Assembly (NCBI GenBank): GCA_965199495.1
Contig: CBDASK010000003.1
Span: 672,001 to 736,000, forward strand
Direction: 5' to 3'
Origin: Abditibacterium sp.
GTDB taxonomy: Bacteria > Armatimonadota > Abditibacteriia > Abditibacteriales > Abditibacteriaceae
Length of the DNA stretch: 64,000 bases
Part shown: positions 39,504-48,821 of the stretch, piece by piece
Numbering within the stretch: position 1 is the first letter of the stretch
How the letters are laid out: the number at the start of each line of letters is the position of its first letter
Notes under the pieces: generated by a model
Told to the model about the DNA's origin: nothing
What the model saw: only the letters and a program-made list of their open reading frames with translations
Database searches by the model: none
Program-made: the position numbers and the translations under genes

Positions 39504-40919
39504 ATGAATCTTGAACCTAAAAAACCTTTTTCCGTGCGCGCCGATGAAGCGGCCAACACTCCGTTTGACACAATTATTATCGGCGGCGGACAGGGCGGCG
39601 CGCTCGCTCGGATGTTGGGGGAAGGCGGCCAAAAAGTCGCGCTCATCGAAAAAGAAGCGCTGGGCGGAACTTGCGTCAATCGCGGTTGCACGCCGACCAA
39701 AGCGCACATCGCCAGCGCCAAACGCGCGCAGGACGCGCGCGACGCCGCGCCGTGGGGCGTGATTATCCCCGAAGTGAAAGTGGACATGGTCGCTGTGCAG
39801 GCGCGCACCGCAGAAATCGTGCAAGATTTCCGCGCGTCCATTCAAAATAAATTACGCGAAACCCAGGGCGTGACAATTTTGGGCGGGACAGCGAAATTCA
39901 TCGGCCCGCACGAAATCGAAGTCAAATTTCCCGATGGCAAAACGCTCGAATTGAGCGCGCCAAATATCGTCATCGCGACGGGCGCTCACACCGTCGCGCC
40001 ACCGATTGATGGGTTGGATGCCGTGGATTGGGTGGATCATCGCGGCATGCTGAACATGACGGAAGCGCCGGAGCATTTACTGATTTTTGGCGGCGGCTAC
40101 ATCGCCTGCGAGTTCAGTCAGATGTTCGCGCGCCTGGGTTCGCGCGTGACGCTGGTGCAAAGCGGCGAGCAACTTTTGAGTCGCGAGGACGACGACGTGG
40201 CTGCTGCCGTCGCCGACCTGCTGAAAGATTCGGGCGTCGAATTGATTTGCGACGACAAAGCCCAAGCGGTCGCAAATGTGGACGGCGCCATCGAAGCGAC
40301 GCTGGAAAGCGGCAGGGTAATTCGCGGCACGACGCTGATGCTGGCGATTGGCCAAAAGCCACAAACCCAAAATTTGGGTTTGGAACATACCGAAGTCGAG
40401 CTGACCGAATCGAAGCACGTTAAAACCGACGATTATCTGCGCGCCGCGCCGGGCGTTTGGGCGCTGGGCGACGTGAAGGGCGGCCCGGCTTTCACGCATA
40501 TCGCCTACGACGACGCGCGCATTTTGCGCGATATTTTGCTGCACGATAAGAAACGTTCTATTAAAAATCGGCAGGTGCCTTATGTGGTTTTCACCGATCC
40601 GCAGTTGGGTCGCATCGGCATGAACGAATGCGAAGCGACAGAAAAAGGTTTGAAATATCGCGTGGCAAAAATCGCGATTAACGACACCGCGCGCGGCATC
40701 GAAAGCGGGCAATCGCGCGGATTTTTGAAGGCGCTCGTCGGCGACGACGACCAAATTCTGGGCGGCGCGTTTTTGTGTTACGAAGGCGGCGAAATCATCG
40801 CCGCGCTGCAAATCGCGATGTTGGGTGGCTTGCCTTATACGGCGCTACGCGACGGCATTTTCGCGCACCCGACGCAGGTCGAATCGTTGAATAATCTGTT
40901 CTTGAAGTTGGACGAGTAG
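39504..40919 (+). CDS. Pyridine nucleotide-disulfide oxidoreductase (RclA/MerA-like, no C-terminal Cys-Cys)
   Basis: IIIGGGQGG, GGTCVNRGCTPTK, GDVKGGPAFTH, FAHPT. Confidence 0.88.
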   Translation: MNLEPKKPFSVRADEAANTPFDTIIIGGGQGGALARMLGEGGQKVALIEKEALGGTCVNRGCTPTKAHIASAKRAQDARDAAPWGVIIPEVKVDMVAVQARTAEIVQDFRASIQNKLRETQGVTILGGTAKFIGPHEIEVKFPDGKTLELSAPNIVIATGAHTVAPPIDGLDAVDWVDHRGMLNMTEAPEHLLIFGGGYIACEFSQMFARLGSRVTLVQSGEQLLSREDDDVAAAVADLLKDSGVELICDDKAQAVANVDGAIEATLESGRVIRGTTLMLAIGQKPQTQNLGLEHTEVELTESKHVKTDDYLRAAPGVWALGDVKGGPAFTHIAYDDARILRDILLHDKKRSIKNRQVPYVVFTDPQLGRIGMNECEATEKGLKYRVAKIAINDTARGIESGQSRGFLKALVGDDDQILGGAFLCYEGGEIIAALQIAMLGGLPYTALRDGIFAHPTQVESLNNLFLKLDE

Positions 40920-40925
40920 CGATTG

Positions 40926-42182
40926 CTATGCGCCCTCGGCGCCTTCGACGTTGGTGGCTTCGTCCGGCGGACGAATTTCGCCCAGATAGCGCAAAAGCGG
41001 CGTCACGGTTAAGCCCTGCACGATGACCGAAAACGCGACGGCGGCAAACGAAACCGCGATGATTTCGGCGCGTAGCGGCAAGTGTTCGGGCAAGCCCAAA
41101 GCCAGCGCCAAAGCCAGAGCGCCGCGTAGTCCCCCCCAGAACAGAATATGTTGGTGCGGGCGCGAAACACGTTGTTTGGTTTTAATCCAGAACGACGAAA
41201 CCACATAAACCGCGACGGCACGGCCCAGCGTCACGAAAACTATGGTGACAACCGCCGGGAGCCAGACGGCGCCGATGTCGGTTTTGGCGAGACGAATGCC
41301 AATTAATAAAAATATCAGCGAGTTGGCGACGAAGCCGACGTATTCCCAGAACGATTCGACGGCCTCGCGGCCTCGGTCGGTGATGGCGCCGCACGAGCCG
41401 ACGTTGCCGACGATAACGCCCGCCGTCAAAGTCGCCAGCACGCCCGACAAGTGAAAATGTTCGGCCAGCAAAAACGAGCCGTAGGCCGCAATCGAAGTGA
41501 AAGTAATTTCGATCAGATGATCGTCAGTGCGCCCGGCGAGCGTCACCGCGCCGTAACCGAGGATGGCGCCGCACAAAATACCGCCGAAAACAGTCTTGGT
41601 GAAATCAATCGCGATGCCGCCCGGCGTCAAATGCGTCGTCGCGCCAAAGGCAGCCACGGCGACGCCGAAGATGACGGCGACCGTGCCATCGTTGAACAAA
41701 CTTTCGGCTTCGACCAACAAGCGCAAGCGCCCGGTCACGCCCGCTTCCTTAAATGTCGCGATAACAGAAACCGGATCGGTCGCCGAAATTAGCACGCCCA
41801 GCGTCAGCGCCGACAAAACCGGCCATCCGGCGACGTAGAACAATCCGGCAGTGGTTAATGCGATGGACAAAACCACGCCGACAGTCGCCAGCGAAATGAC
41901 GATGCCGATGTTGCGCTTGAGTTCGCTCCAAGGCATCGCGAACGCGGCCTCGAAAATTAAAGGCGGCAAAAACGCCGAAAAAATGACTTCTTTGGTGAAC
42001 GGCACATCCACATCGAGCGACAACAAGGCGAGGCCGATTCCAGCGAGCGTGAGTCCGACCGTATAAGGCAGGTTGAGGCGACGAACTAACATCGAAACCA
42101 CGGCGGCGATCAGCAGCAGAATCTCGATGCGCTCTATGCCGTGGGCGGGACTTAAAACTTCGGCGGCAGCTTCGTGGGGCAT
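40926..42182 (-). CDS. CPA1-family Na+/H+ antiporter
   Basis: FLPPLIFEAA, SATDPVSV, ESLFNDG, GGLRGALALAL. Confidence 0.92.
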   Translation of the reverse strand: MPHEAAAEVLSPAHGIERIEILLLIAAVVSMLVRRLNLPYTVGLTLAGIGLALLSLDVDVPFTKEVIFSAFLPPLIFEAAFAMPWSELKRNIGIVISLATVGVVLSIALTTAGLFYVAGWPVLSALTLGVLISATDPVSVIATFKEAGVTGRLRLLVEAESLFNDGTVAVIFGVAVAAFGATTHLTPGGIAIDFTKTVFGGILCGAILGYGAVTLAGRTDDHLIEITFTSIAAYGSFLLAEHFHLSGVLATLTAGVIVGNVGSCGAITDRGREAVESFWEYVGFVANSLIFLLIGIRLAKTDIGAVWLPAVVTIVFVTLGRAVAVYVVSSFWIKTKQRVSRPHQHILFWGGLRGALALALALGLPEHLPLRAEIIAVSFAAVAFSVIVQGLTVTPLLRYLGEIRPPDEATNVEGAEGA

Positions 42183-42208
42183 AAAGGAAAAGGATAGAAG
42201 ATTTTGGG

Positions 42209-42610
42209 GAACTCGCAGGCGGCGTCATCGCGCAATTTAATTCCAGTTGGACGACGCGCGTGCGCCGCGACGACTTGCTGACTTTGCACGTAGACGGTAC
42301 CAAAGGCAGCGCCGTGGCTGATCTGCGCGACTGCGTGATTCAGAGTTATGGAGCCACGCCGCGCCCAACGTGGAACCCCGACATTCCCAAAGCCTACGAT
42401 GGTTTCGAGCAATGGCAACAGATGCCCGAAGGTTTCCCCTTCGACAACGGCTTCAAAATTCAGTGGGAAATGTTCCTCAAACACGTCGCCTACGACACGC
42501 CCTACGAATTCACTTTGCTCGCAGGCGCCAAAGGTGTGCAGTTGGCCGAATTGGGCATCGAATCGTGGGAAAAACGCGCGTGGGTTGACGTGCCAAAGTT
42601 AGAGGTTTAA
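42209..42610 (+). pseudogene. C-terminal fragment of a Gfo/Idh/MocA-family oxidoreductase
   Basis: ELAGGVIAQFNSSWTTRVRRDDL..VDGTKGSA..WNPD..FDNGFKIQWEMFL; no room for the N-terminal Rossmann domain before the divergent antiporter start. Confidence 0.7.
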
Positions 42611-42733
42611 GTTGGAGTGTGCGGCCTAATTCTGCGAAGGTGGGATTGGGCTACTTTTCACTCACCATAGTTTGAAATCAAGTAAAATTACGTTGCTCTT
42701 ACAAAAATTTATAACTACGCAAAAGAGAATATA

Positions 42734-43468
42734 ATGGCTTTCACGAATCGGACATTTGAACTTTTATCTCAATTAGAAGACAGCGGCAAATACAGCTTCT
42801 ACCAAGAGAACGAAGATGAATTTAAGCAACAGCTTGTGATGCCTTTCCGCGAATTGATGCTTGAAGAGGTTATTCCCAATCTGCCGGATGAGATTTTGGA
42901 TACGATGGAAACCCAAAAGCGGATTTTTGGGCAGATGAACAAGAACGATTTCGGAAGAGGTGGAGCCAATCCGTTTTATTGGGCGGCACTCTCCCCTGAT
43001 CGATCAAAAAACAAGCAACAAGATGTTCAGTTGCTGACGTTCATCAATCACAAATATATCGAATTCGGCTACTTCTTTGGACATCAATGTCCACTCGAAA
43101 GGCAAGTAAAATACGCGGACAACATTCGCCATCTCTGCCAGTCAAAATCGGATTACGAAAAGGTCATTGATTTTCTTTCTGAGCAATTTCCAGTGGATAC
43201 TCTCTGCTTTCGCGATTCAGATTACGAAATTGAAGGCGAAGGAGTCAAAAGCTACGTGTTTACATGGCACGACTATTTCTTAACCGAAAATATCGCTGCT
43301 CATAATCCTATGGTCGTTTACTCCAAAGCAACCGTCCTTGGCATGACTATACAGGAATTAGCCGCCGAAATTTCCGCCACATTTGCTGGTCTCTTTCCGT
43401 TCATTATCCTGGCAATTTATAGAAATCCTTTGCCGATTTTACGTTCATACATCGAGTCGCGTGAGTGA
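42734..43468 (+). CDS. AT-richer hypothetical protein; N-terminus resembles DUF2461-like domains
   Basis: FTNRTFELL..FYQENEDEFKQQLVMPF..KNDFGRGGA..YWAA; visibly lower GC than the flanks. Confidence 0.6.
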   Translation: MAFTNRTFELLSQLEDSGKYSFYQENEDEFKQQLVMPFRELMLEEVIPNLPDEILDTMETQKRIFGQMNKNDFGRGGANPFYWAALSPDRSKNKQQDVQLLTFINHKYIEFGYFFGHQCPLERQVKYADNIRHLCQSKSDYEKVIDFLSEQFPVDTLCFRDSDYEIEGEGVKSYVFTWHDYFLTENIAAHNPMVVYSKATVLGMTIQELAAEISATFAGLFPFIILAIYRNPLPILRSYIESRE

Positions 43469-43565
43469 CTCAAATGGAAATCGGGGGACACAATACCTAT
43501 TTCTTCATCATCGCTAACTCCGGCAGCGAGTCGGCTTGATCATCATATAAACCCCGACATCCACA

Positions 43566-43602
43566 ACAAACGCCCCGCGACTTTTCGTCGCGAGGCGTTT
43601 GT
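43566..43602. terminator. Terminator-like hairpin
   Basis: ACAAACGCCCCGCGAC-TTTTC-GTCGCGAGGCGTTTGT. Confidence 0.5.
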
Positions 43603-43798
43603 CGGTTCGGCGTGGCTCAGGCCAGCGTAGCCGCGCTGACGATGGGCAAGAGATGGCCGTCGCCGGTTTTGCCGTCGATTTGACCGTTAGAACCCGTAAT
43701 CGCGCGCCTCGCTCATAACAGCCACGGCGCGAGGATTGCGCGCGGTTTGGTCGCATTGTCAGAACAGCGCAGAACAGCAAAACGTAAACTGGCTCTTG

Positions 43799-44392
43799 AT
43801 GGAAACGCAGAAAACTTTAATTTTTATCATCGGGCCGCAAGCGGTGGGCAAAATGACGGTGGGACACGAATTAAGTCGGGCGACCGGCTATAAATTTATG
43901 AGCAATCACCAAACGATTGAGACGTTGCTGCCGATTTTCGATTTCGGCACGCCCTCGTTTCGGCGCTTGCTCTTTGATTTTCGCGTGAGCATCTTCGAGG
44001 AAGTCGCGGCCAGCGAACTGCCCGGCTTCATCTGTTCGTTTGTGCCGGATTTCGATTCGGCATTGGATCGCGGACAGACCGAATGTTATGCGGCGCCTTT
44101 TCTGCGACGCGGCGGGCGAGTGCTGTTCGTCGAGTTGGAGGCGTCGCTTGAAACGCGATTGGAGCGCAACAAAACCGAATATCGCCAATTGCATAAGCCA
44201 TCGAAACGCGACAGCGAGTTTTCTGAGCAGCTCATCTATGCTGATGAAGACGAAAGATTGAATGTGGTTAGCGATTTCCCTTATGCGTATCCGCATTTGA
44301 AAATTAGCAACGAAAATCTCTCGCCCCAAGAAGTCGTGGCGCAGATTTGCGCTCATTTTGAATTGAAAATTGTTTCTACGCCAGCCAAGTGA
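43799..44392 (+). CDS. P-loop kinase (shikimate/nucleotide kinase-like)
   Basis: IIGPQAVGKMTVG, FVELEA..RLERNKT..R..KPSKRD. Confidence 0.82.
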   Translation: METQKTLIFIIGPQAVGKMTVGHELSRATGYKFMSNHQTIETLLPIFDFGTPSFRRLLFDFRVSIFEEVAASELPGFICSFVPDFDSALDRGQTECYAAPFLRRGGRVLFVELEASLETRLERNKTEYRQLHKPSKRDSEFSEQLIYADEDERLNVVSDFPYAYPHLKISNENLSPQEVVAQICAHFELKIVSTPAK

Positions 44393-44531
44393 ACGGAGAA
44401 TCCAACGGGGTAACAGTCGCTCAGCAAGGCGCCGCATTCGACCGCTTCCAACCTCGATTTCGGCGCCGGTTCAACAGCATCATGCCAATACTTGCGCGTG
44501 GCCTTGTCATTCACTTTATAATCTTTGTGAA

Positions 44532-45074
44532 ATGTTTGAATATCAAGTGGATGGAGATATTATCCTGCGCTTATTGGAGCCACGTCACGCCGCTGCGCTT
44601 TTTGCTCTGGTTGAGACGAATCGCGGGCATCTGCGCCGGTGGCTGCCTTGGCTGGATACTAACATTGAGGTTTCCGACACACTCCGCTTCATCCACAGGA
44701 CGCAAAGACAATTCGCCGATAACGCGGGATTTGTCGCTGGCATTTGGTATGGCGGCGAGATCGCTGGCGTTATCGGTCATAATCGCATTGATTGGGAAAA
44801 TCGGATTAGCTGGCCCGGTTATTGGCTCGCCGAAGGATTCGGGGGCCAAGGCATTATGACGAAATCCTGTCACGCGCTTATCAGCCATGCCTTTTCTGAA
44901 CTCGATCTTAATCGCGTTGACATCCGATGTGCGGTTGAAAACCGCAAAAGTCGAGCGATTCCCGAACGACTTGGGCTTCGCCAAGAGGGGGTTATTCGCC
45001 AAGCCGAATGGCTCTATGATGAATTTGTTGACCATGTGGTTTATGGCGTTTTGACAAGCGAATGGCAAAACTAA
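44532..45074 (+). CDS. RimJ/RimL-type GNAT N-acetyltransferase
   Basis: NRGHLRRWLPW, GYWL...GQGIMT, NRKSRAIPERLG. Confidence 0.88.
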   Translation: MFEYQVDGDIILRLLEPRHAAALFALVETNRGHLRRWLPWLDTNIEVSDTLRFIHRTQRQFADNAGFVAGIWYGGEIAGVIGHNRIDWENRISWPGYWLAEGFGGQGIMTKSCHALISHAFSELDLNRVDIRCAVENRKSRAIPERLGLRQEGVIRQAEWLYDEFVDHVVYGVLTSEWQN

Positions 45075-45089
45075 AACACAATTAAAATC

Positions 45090-45995
45090 ATGTTCGAGTT
45101 TTATGAAACGGGCGAATTAAAGGACGATGACCTCGAACTCGTTTTGATCGAGAAATTCCCCGGCGACCCAGGCATCGGCTTTGTGCCCGCTTATAAGTTT
45201 GAGATGCGACGTGTCGGCACCAATCAAACGGTTGGCGAAATCCATTTGCGAATTGGCGATACGCACGCGCTCAAGATGTATGGCGGACATATCGGCTATA
45301 AAGTCGCCCGCGAATATCGAGGTCACAAATACGCCTCCAGAAGTATCAAATTGCTTTTATCTTTGGCGCAAAGTCACGGTCTCAATCCGATTTGGATTAC
45401 CTGCGATCCAGCGAATTTGGCATCGCGCAGGACGTGTGAATTGGCGGGCGCGCAACTCGTCGAAATCGTGGATTTGCCCGCAGAGACCGATTTATACCAA
45501 CGCGGCTTCCGCCGTGGCTGCCGTTATCGCCTCGATTTGTCAATGATTATGCAACCACATTTTATCCAGCTTCGGCCCGCAACAGAAGCCGATAGCGAGT
45601 TTTATTACGATGTCAAAAAGCAGGCGCTTGGACACTATGTCGCGCAGGTTTGGGGCTGGGACGAAGCGTTTCAACGCGAGTTTCATCGCGCGGATTTTGG
45701 ATTAAGGCGGCCCGATGTCGTGGTTTATCGTGATCTCGACATCGGCACAATTGAAATCATCAGCCACGCCGACCATATTCATCTGGGCGAGTTTTATTTG
45801 TTGCCACAATTTCAGCGGCAAGGCATCGGCACCGTTTTGCTGGAGCGAGTTTTGGCAGAGGCGAGAGAAAAAGAATGGCCGGTTCGATTGGAAGTTCTCA
45901 AAATTAATCCGGTGCGCTCATTGTATCAAAGGCACGGATTTGTCGTTACCGGCGAGCGCGAGCATCATTTTCTGATGGAGCGAGCGGTCGCCTGA
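45090..45995 (+). CDS. Tandem two-domain GNAT acetyltransferase
   Basis: GGHIGYKV..YRGHKYA, ITCDPANLASRR (domain 1); LRPAT, QRQGIGT, LYQRHGF (domain 2). Confidence 0.82.
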   Translation: MFEFYETGELKDDDLELVLIEKFPGDPGIGFVPAYKFEMRRVGTNQTVGEIHLRIGDTHALKMYGGHIGYKVAREYRGHKYASRSIKLLLSLAQSHGLNPIWITCDPANLASRRTCELAGAQLVEIVDLPAETDLYQRGFRRGCRYRLDLSMIMQPHFIQLRPATEADSEFYYDVKKQALGHYVAQVWGWDEAFQREFHRADFGLRRPDVVVYRDLDIGTIEIISHADHIHLGEFYLLPQFQRQGIGTVLLERVLAEAREKEWPVRLEVLKINPVRSLYQRHGFVVTGEREHHFLMERAVA

Positions 45996-46081
45996 GTAAC
46001 AACAGTTAAGGCGCCTTGTTTCGATGGCGGTGAGTGGCATAAAATTGTCCTATAGCCCTTCATAGTGGAAAGGCTACAACG

Positions 46082-46156
46082 GTGGGGCTGACGCCTCCTT
46101 CCAATCGGCGGACTTTCCTCGCTCTTAGACCGATTGGAAGGGTGCGTCAGCCCCGC
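46082..46156. repeat. Palindromic element, GGGGCTGACGCACCCTTCCAATCG family
   Basis: GTGGGGCTGACGCCTCCTTCCAATCGG ... CCGATTGGAAGGGTGCGTCAGCCCCGC. Confidence 0.9.
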
Positions 46157-46202
46157 TCTCGGAAATGTAGCTTTCTGTTTAGGAAGGACTATATTTTAGA
46201 AA

Positions 46203-46715
46203 ATGCGAACACCCGATATTATTTTTTTGAACGGAACATCGAGTTCCGGCAAAACGACGCTCGCCCACGCACTGCAACGTCAACTTTCGACGGTTTACCT
46301 TCATGTGCCCGTGGATTCGTTTGGCGTTATGTTTCCCCAAAGCAAGTTGGGCGATGCCGAACTTTGTGCTTCTGCGACACCAAAGCTACTCGCGGGTTTT
46401 TATCGTTCCATCGCGGCTTTGGTTGACTGCGGCAACAGCGTCATCGCGGATACCGTCGCCCCGGCGCCTCATAGCGAAGTGTTCGAGCCTTTGTTCGCGA
46501 ATTTCGATGTGGTTTACGTGGCCGTTCGATGTCCACTCGAAGAATTGGAACGGCGCGAATCCGCGAGAGGCGACAGAAATATCGGACTCGCGCGCAGTCA
46601 ATTCTTCGAAATTCATCGCGCCTTGCGCTACGATATTGAGGTTGAGACTCACCAAAATAACGCCGAGCAGTGCGCGGCGTTGATCAAGCGATTTATAGAG
46701 TTTCGCGAATTCTGA
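46203..46715 (+). CDS. Chloramphenicol phosphotransferase (CPT)-like kinase
   Basis: IIFLNGTSSSGKTT, LERRESARGDRNIGLA, YDIEVET. Confidence 0.85.
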   Translation: MRTPDIIFLNGTSSSGKTTLAHALQRQLSTVYLHVPVDSFGVMFPQSKLGDAELCASATPKLLAGFYRSIAALVDCGNSVIADTVAPAPHSEVFEPLFANFDVVYVAVRCPLEELERRESARGDRNIGLARSQFFEIHRALRYDIEVETHQNNAEQCAALIKRFIEFREF

Positions 46716-46717
46716 CC

Positions 46718-47164
46718 ATGACTTCAAACATCGAACTCTGGGAGCGATTGCGCGAAATCGTCGCGTTGCGCTTCACCTCGAAAAGTCACACCGGCATCGG
46801 CTGGGGCGGCGCCGGAACTGGCATCGTCGAAGTCTCCGAACCCGCGCCCGATACATTGATATTCAACGAATTCGGCTCGTGGCGACAGGACGGCGGCCAA
46901 AAAATCCGGTTTTCCAACGTCTTTCGTTGGACGCGGTTGGACACACAAATTCGGCTCGAACATCTGCGTTTTGGCGCGGATCGTCCGGTTTTCTTGTTCG
47001 ACATGGCCGCCGATTCCGACGGGGTTTGGCGCGAAATCAATCCGCATCCGTGCCGCGACGATTGTTATCGGGCGTCGTTGCGCGTGCAATATGAGCACAT
47101 TTTCGTCAATTGGCGGGTGCTTGGCCCGAAACGCAACGAAGTTATCGATTACGTTTACGTTTAA
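46718..47164 (+). CDS. Hypothetical protein (DUF6314-like)
   Basis: GWGGAGTG, NVFRWT, LEHLRFG..PVFLFD, PHPCRDDCY. Confidence 0.7.
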   Translation: MTSNIELWERLREIVALRFTSKSHTGIGWGGAGTGIVEVSEPAPDTLIFNEFGSWRQDGGQKIRFSNVFRWTRLDTQIRLEHLRFGADRPVFLFDMAADSDGVWREINPHPCRDDCYRASLRVQYEHIFVNWRVLGPKRNEVIDYVYV

Positions 47165-47183
47165 ACAAGAAACTTGCTAAAGC

Positions 47184-47216
47184 AAAAGCCTCGCACTGAA
47201 ACAGTGCAAGGCTTTT
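47184..47216. terminator. Bidirectional terminator-like hairpin downstream of tRNA-Glu
   Basis: AAAAGCCTCGCACTG-AAA-CAGTGCAAGGCTTTT. Confidence 0.75.
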
Positions 47217-47223
47217 TTCAATT

Positions 47224-47297
47224 TACTCCCGACGGGATTCGAACCCGTGATCTCTACCTTGAAAGGGTAGCGACTTAAACCGCTTGTCTACGAGAGC
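47224..47297 (-). tRNA. tRNA-Glu (TTC), CCA not encoded
   Basis: GCTCTCG acceptor stem, CTACC-CTTTCAA-GGTAG anticodon arm, GGTTCGAATCC T-loop. Confidence 0.95.
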
Positions 47298-47362
47298 TTC
47301 CGGCGTAACGTGAGCCGAAAGGATGGACGAAATACTTTAACACATTTCGCGAGTTTTGTCCA

Positions 47363-48742
47363 CTATCGTTGCTCTTCGCGTTCGGCGATGGAGCGCATGA
47401 CTTTGGTGTAGGCGACTTCGTAACTCGCTTTGTCCGAGTCCATGACCGAGGCTTTGGTCGCTTCTTCGCGCGCCAGTTTGGCGTGGCGAATGATGGCGGC
47501 GCGCTCTGCGTCGGTTTGGCATTTGGCGCCGACCTCGGCCAGAGTTTCCAGCAAACAGAGAATAACTTTGGGCGAATCGGCGCCGTAATGCCGAATCATA
47601 TCGAAGCCCGAATCGCACAGACTGGGAAAAGTCACCGTGTGCGTGATGATGCGCAACTTGCCTTCGTCATCCAAAAGATAGGGCGAGGGAATTTCGCAGC
47701 GCAAAACGTGACGCAAGGCCGCGCCGATATGGCCCAGACAGGTGATGGCGGTGAACGGATCGTTGATGCCCGGCGACAGCGCGCGCGCGCCGACTTCGAC
47801 CAGTTGGTTGAAACCGTATTCGGCGTCCTGCACCGTCGTGCGCGAACGGCCCGTCAAGAAGCAGCCACGCGCCCTGTCTTCGTAAATCATCGGGTTGCGC
47901 GGCGGCCACACCGTGAGCAACGGATCGCCCTTGACGACCCAATCGCCCGAACCGTAACCCAGCTTGAAAATCGCGTCTTCGTGGACGGCGATTCGCAGCA
48001 AAACATCGTAATTGACGGCGCGCAAAAAGCCGTCTTTGGTCGCTTCGATGTTAATGCCCAGATCGAAATCGGGCAACGCCTCGCCTTCAACGCGCTTGTG
48101 TTGTTCGTCGGTCGCGCAGGCGCCGTGTTTGGCGCTTTTGCCCGCGCCAAACAAGCGCTCGATTTCAGCGTTCAAATCGCGCGCGGCGTCGGCAATCACA
48201 AAAGGCGCCTGAATCGCCTGCGCCATGTGATGCAGAAAATAGATCAGCAGAAACACGCACAAAACCGCGAGCGCCAGCGCCATCGTCACCGAAACCTGCG
48301 GCACGCCCGAACCGAAATTGGCGCCCTCATCGGCGGAGCGAATCGCGCGTAAAACGACCAGACAAAACAAAAAGGTGCCGTTAAACACGCCCAGCGCGAC
48401 CTGAAAACCGCGATCATCCATAAAGGTGCGCAACAGGCGCGAGCCGAACTGTCCCGACGCCAGCGCCAGAGCAGTGATGGCAATCGAAGAAGCGAGCGCC
48501 GAAACCGAGATAATCGAACCGGCGATGGCGCCCAACAAAGCACGCGCGCCGTCGGCGCCGCCCGAATAAAGAATGCTGTTCCCCACGCGCGCACCCAGAA
48601 CATTTCCGTTGAGGTTCAACGCCATCGCATCCACTTTCAAGGTCATTAACGCCAGAACCAAACCGCAGAGCGACAAAATCATCGGCACCGTCATGTAGGA
48701 ATAACGCAGCGAATCGAAGAAAAGTTGAAGCCGAAGTTTCAT
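47363..48742 (-). CDS. DUF2254-family membrane protein
   Basis: LASGQFGSRLLRTFM, RALSPGINDPFTA. Confidence 0.85.
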   Translation of the reverse strand: MKLRLQLFFDSLRYSYMTVPMILSLCGLVLALMTLKVDAMALNLNGNVLGARVGNSILYSGGADGARALLGAIAGSIISVSALASSIAITALALASGQFGSRLLRTFMDDRGFQVALGVFNGTFLFCLVVLRAIRSADEGANFGSGVPQVSVTMALALAVLCVFLLIYFLHHMAQAIQAPFVIADAARDLNAEIERLFGAGKSAKHGACATDEQHKRVEGEALPDFDLGINIEATKDGFLRAVNYDVLLRIAVHEDAIFKLGYGSGDWVVKGDPLLTVWPPRNPMIYEDRARGCFLTGRSRTTVQDAEYGFNQLVEVGARALSPGINDPFTAITCLGHIGAALRHVLRCEIPSPYLLDDEGKLRIITHTVTFPSLCDSGFDMIRHYGADSPKVILCLLETLAEVGAKCQTDAERAAIIRHAKLAREEATKASVMDSDKASYEVAYTKVMRSIAEREEQR

Positions 48743-48821
48743 AAAAAGGAACGGCTCACGGTTGCGATTTTGTCGCCAATGCACTGCGCTTCAATTGCGG
48801 ATGAATAACGCAGAATTTTCA

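Noticed and set aside
39504..40919. Mercuric reductase merA
   Set aside because: Lacks the C-terminal Cys-Cys pair and any mer operon context.
43470..47164. Integron cassette array
   Set aside because: The genes are cassette-like, but I found no convincing paired RYYYAAC/GTTRRRY attC sites and no IntI. Only a weak attC-like fragment near 44420-44475.
42200..47297. Prophage or integrative element at tRNA-Glu
   Set aside because: No integrase, phage genes or duplicated tRNA 3' end was detected.
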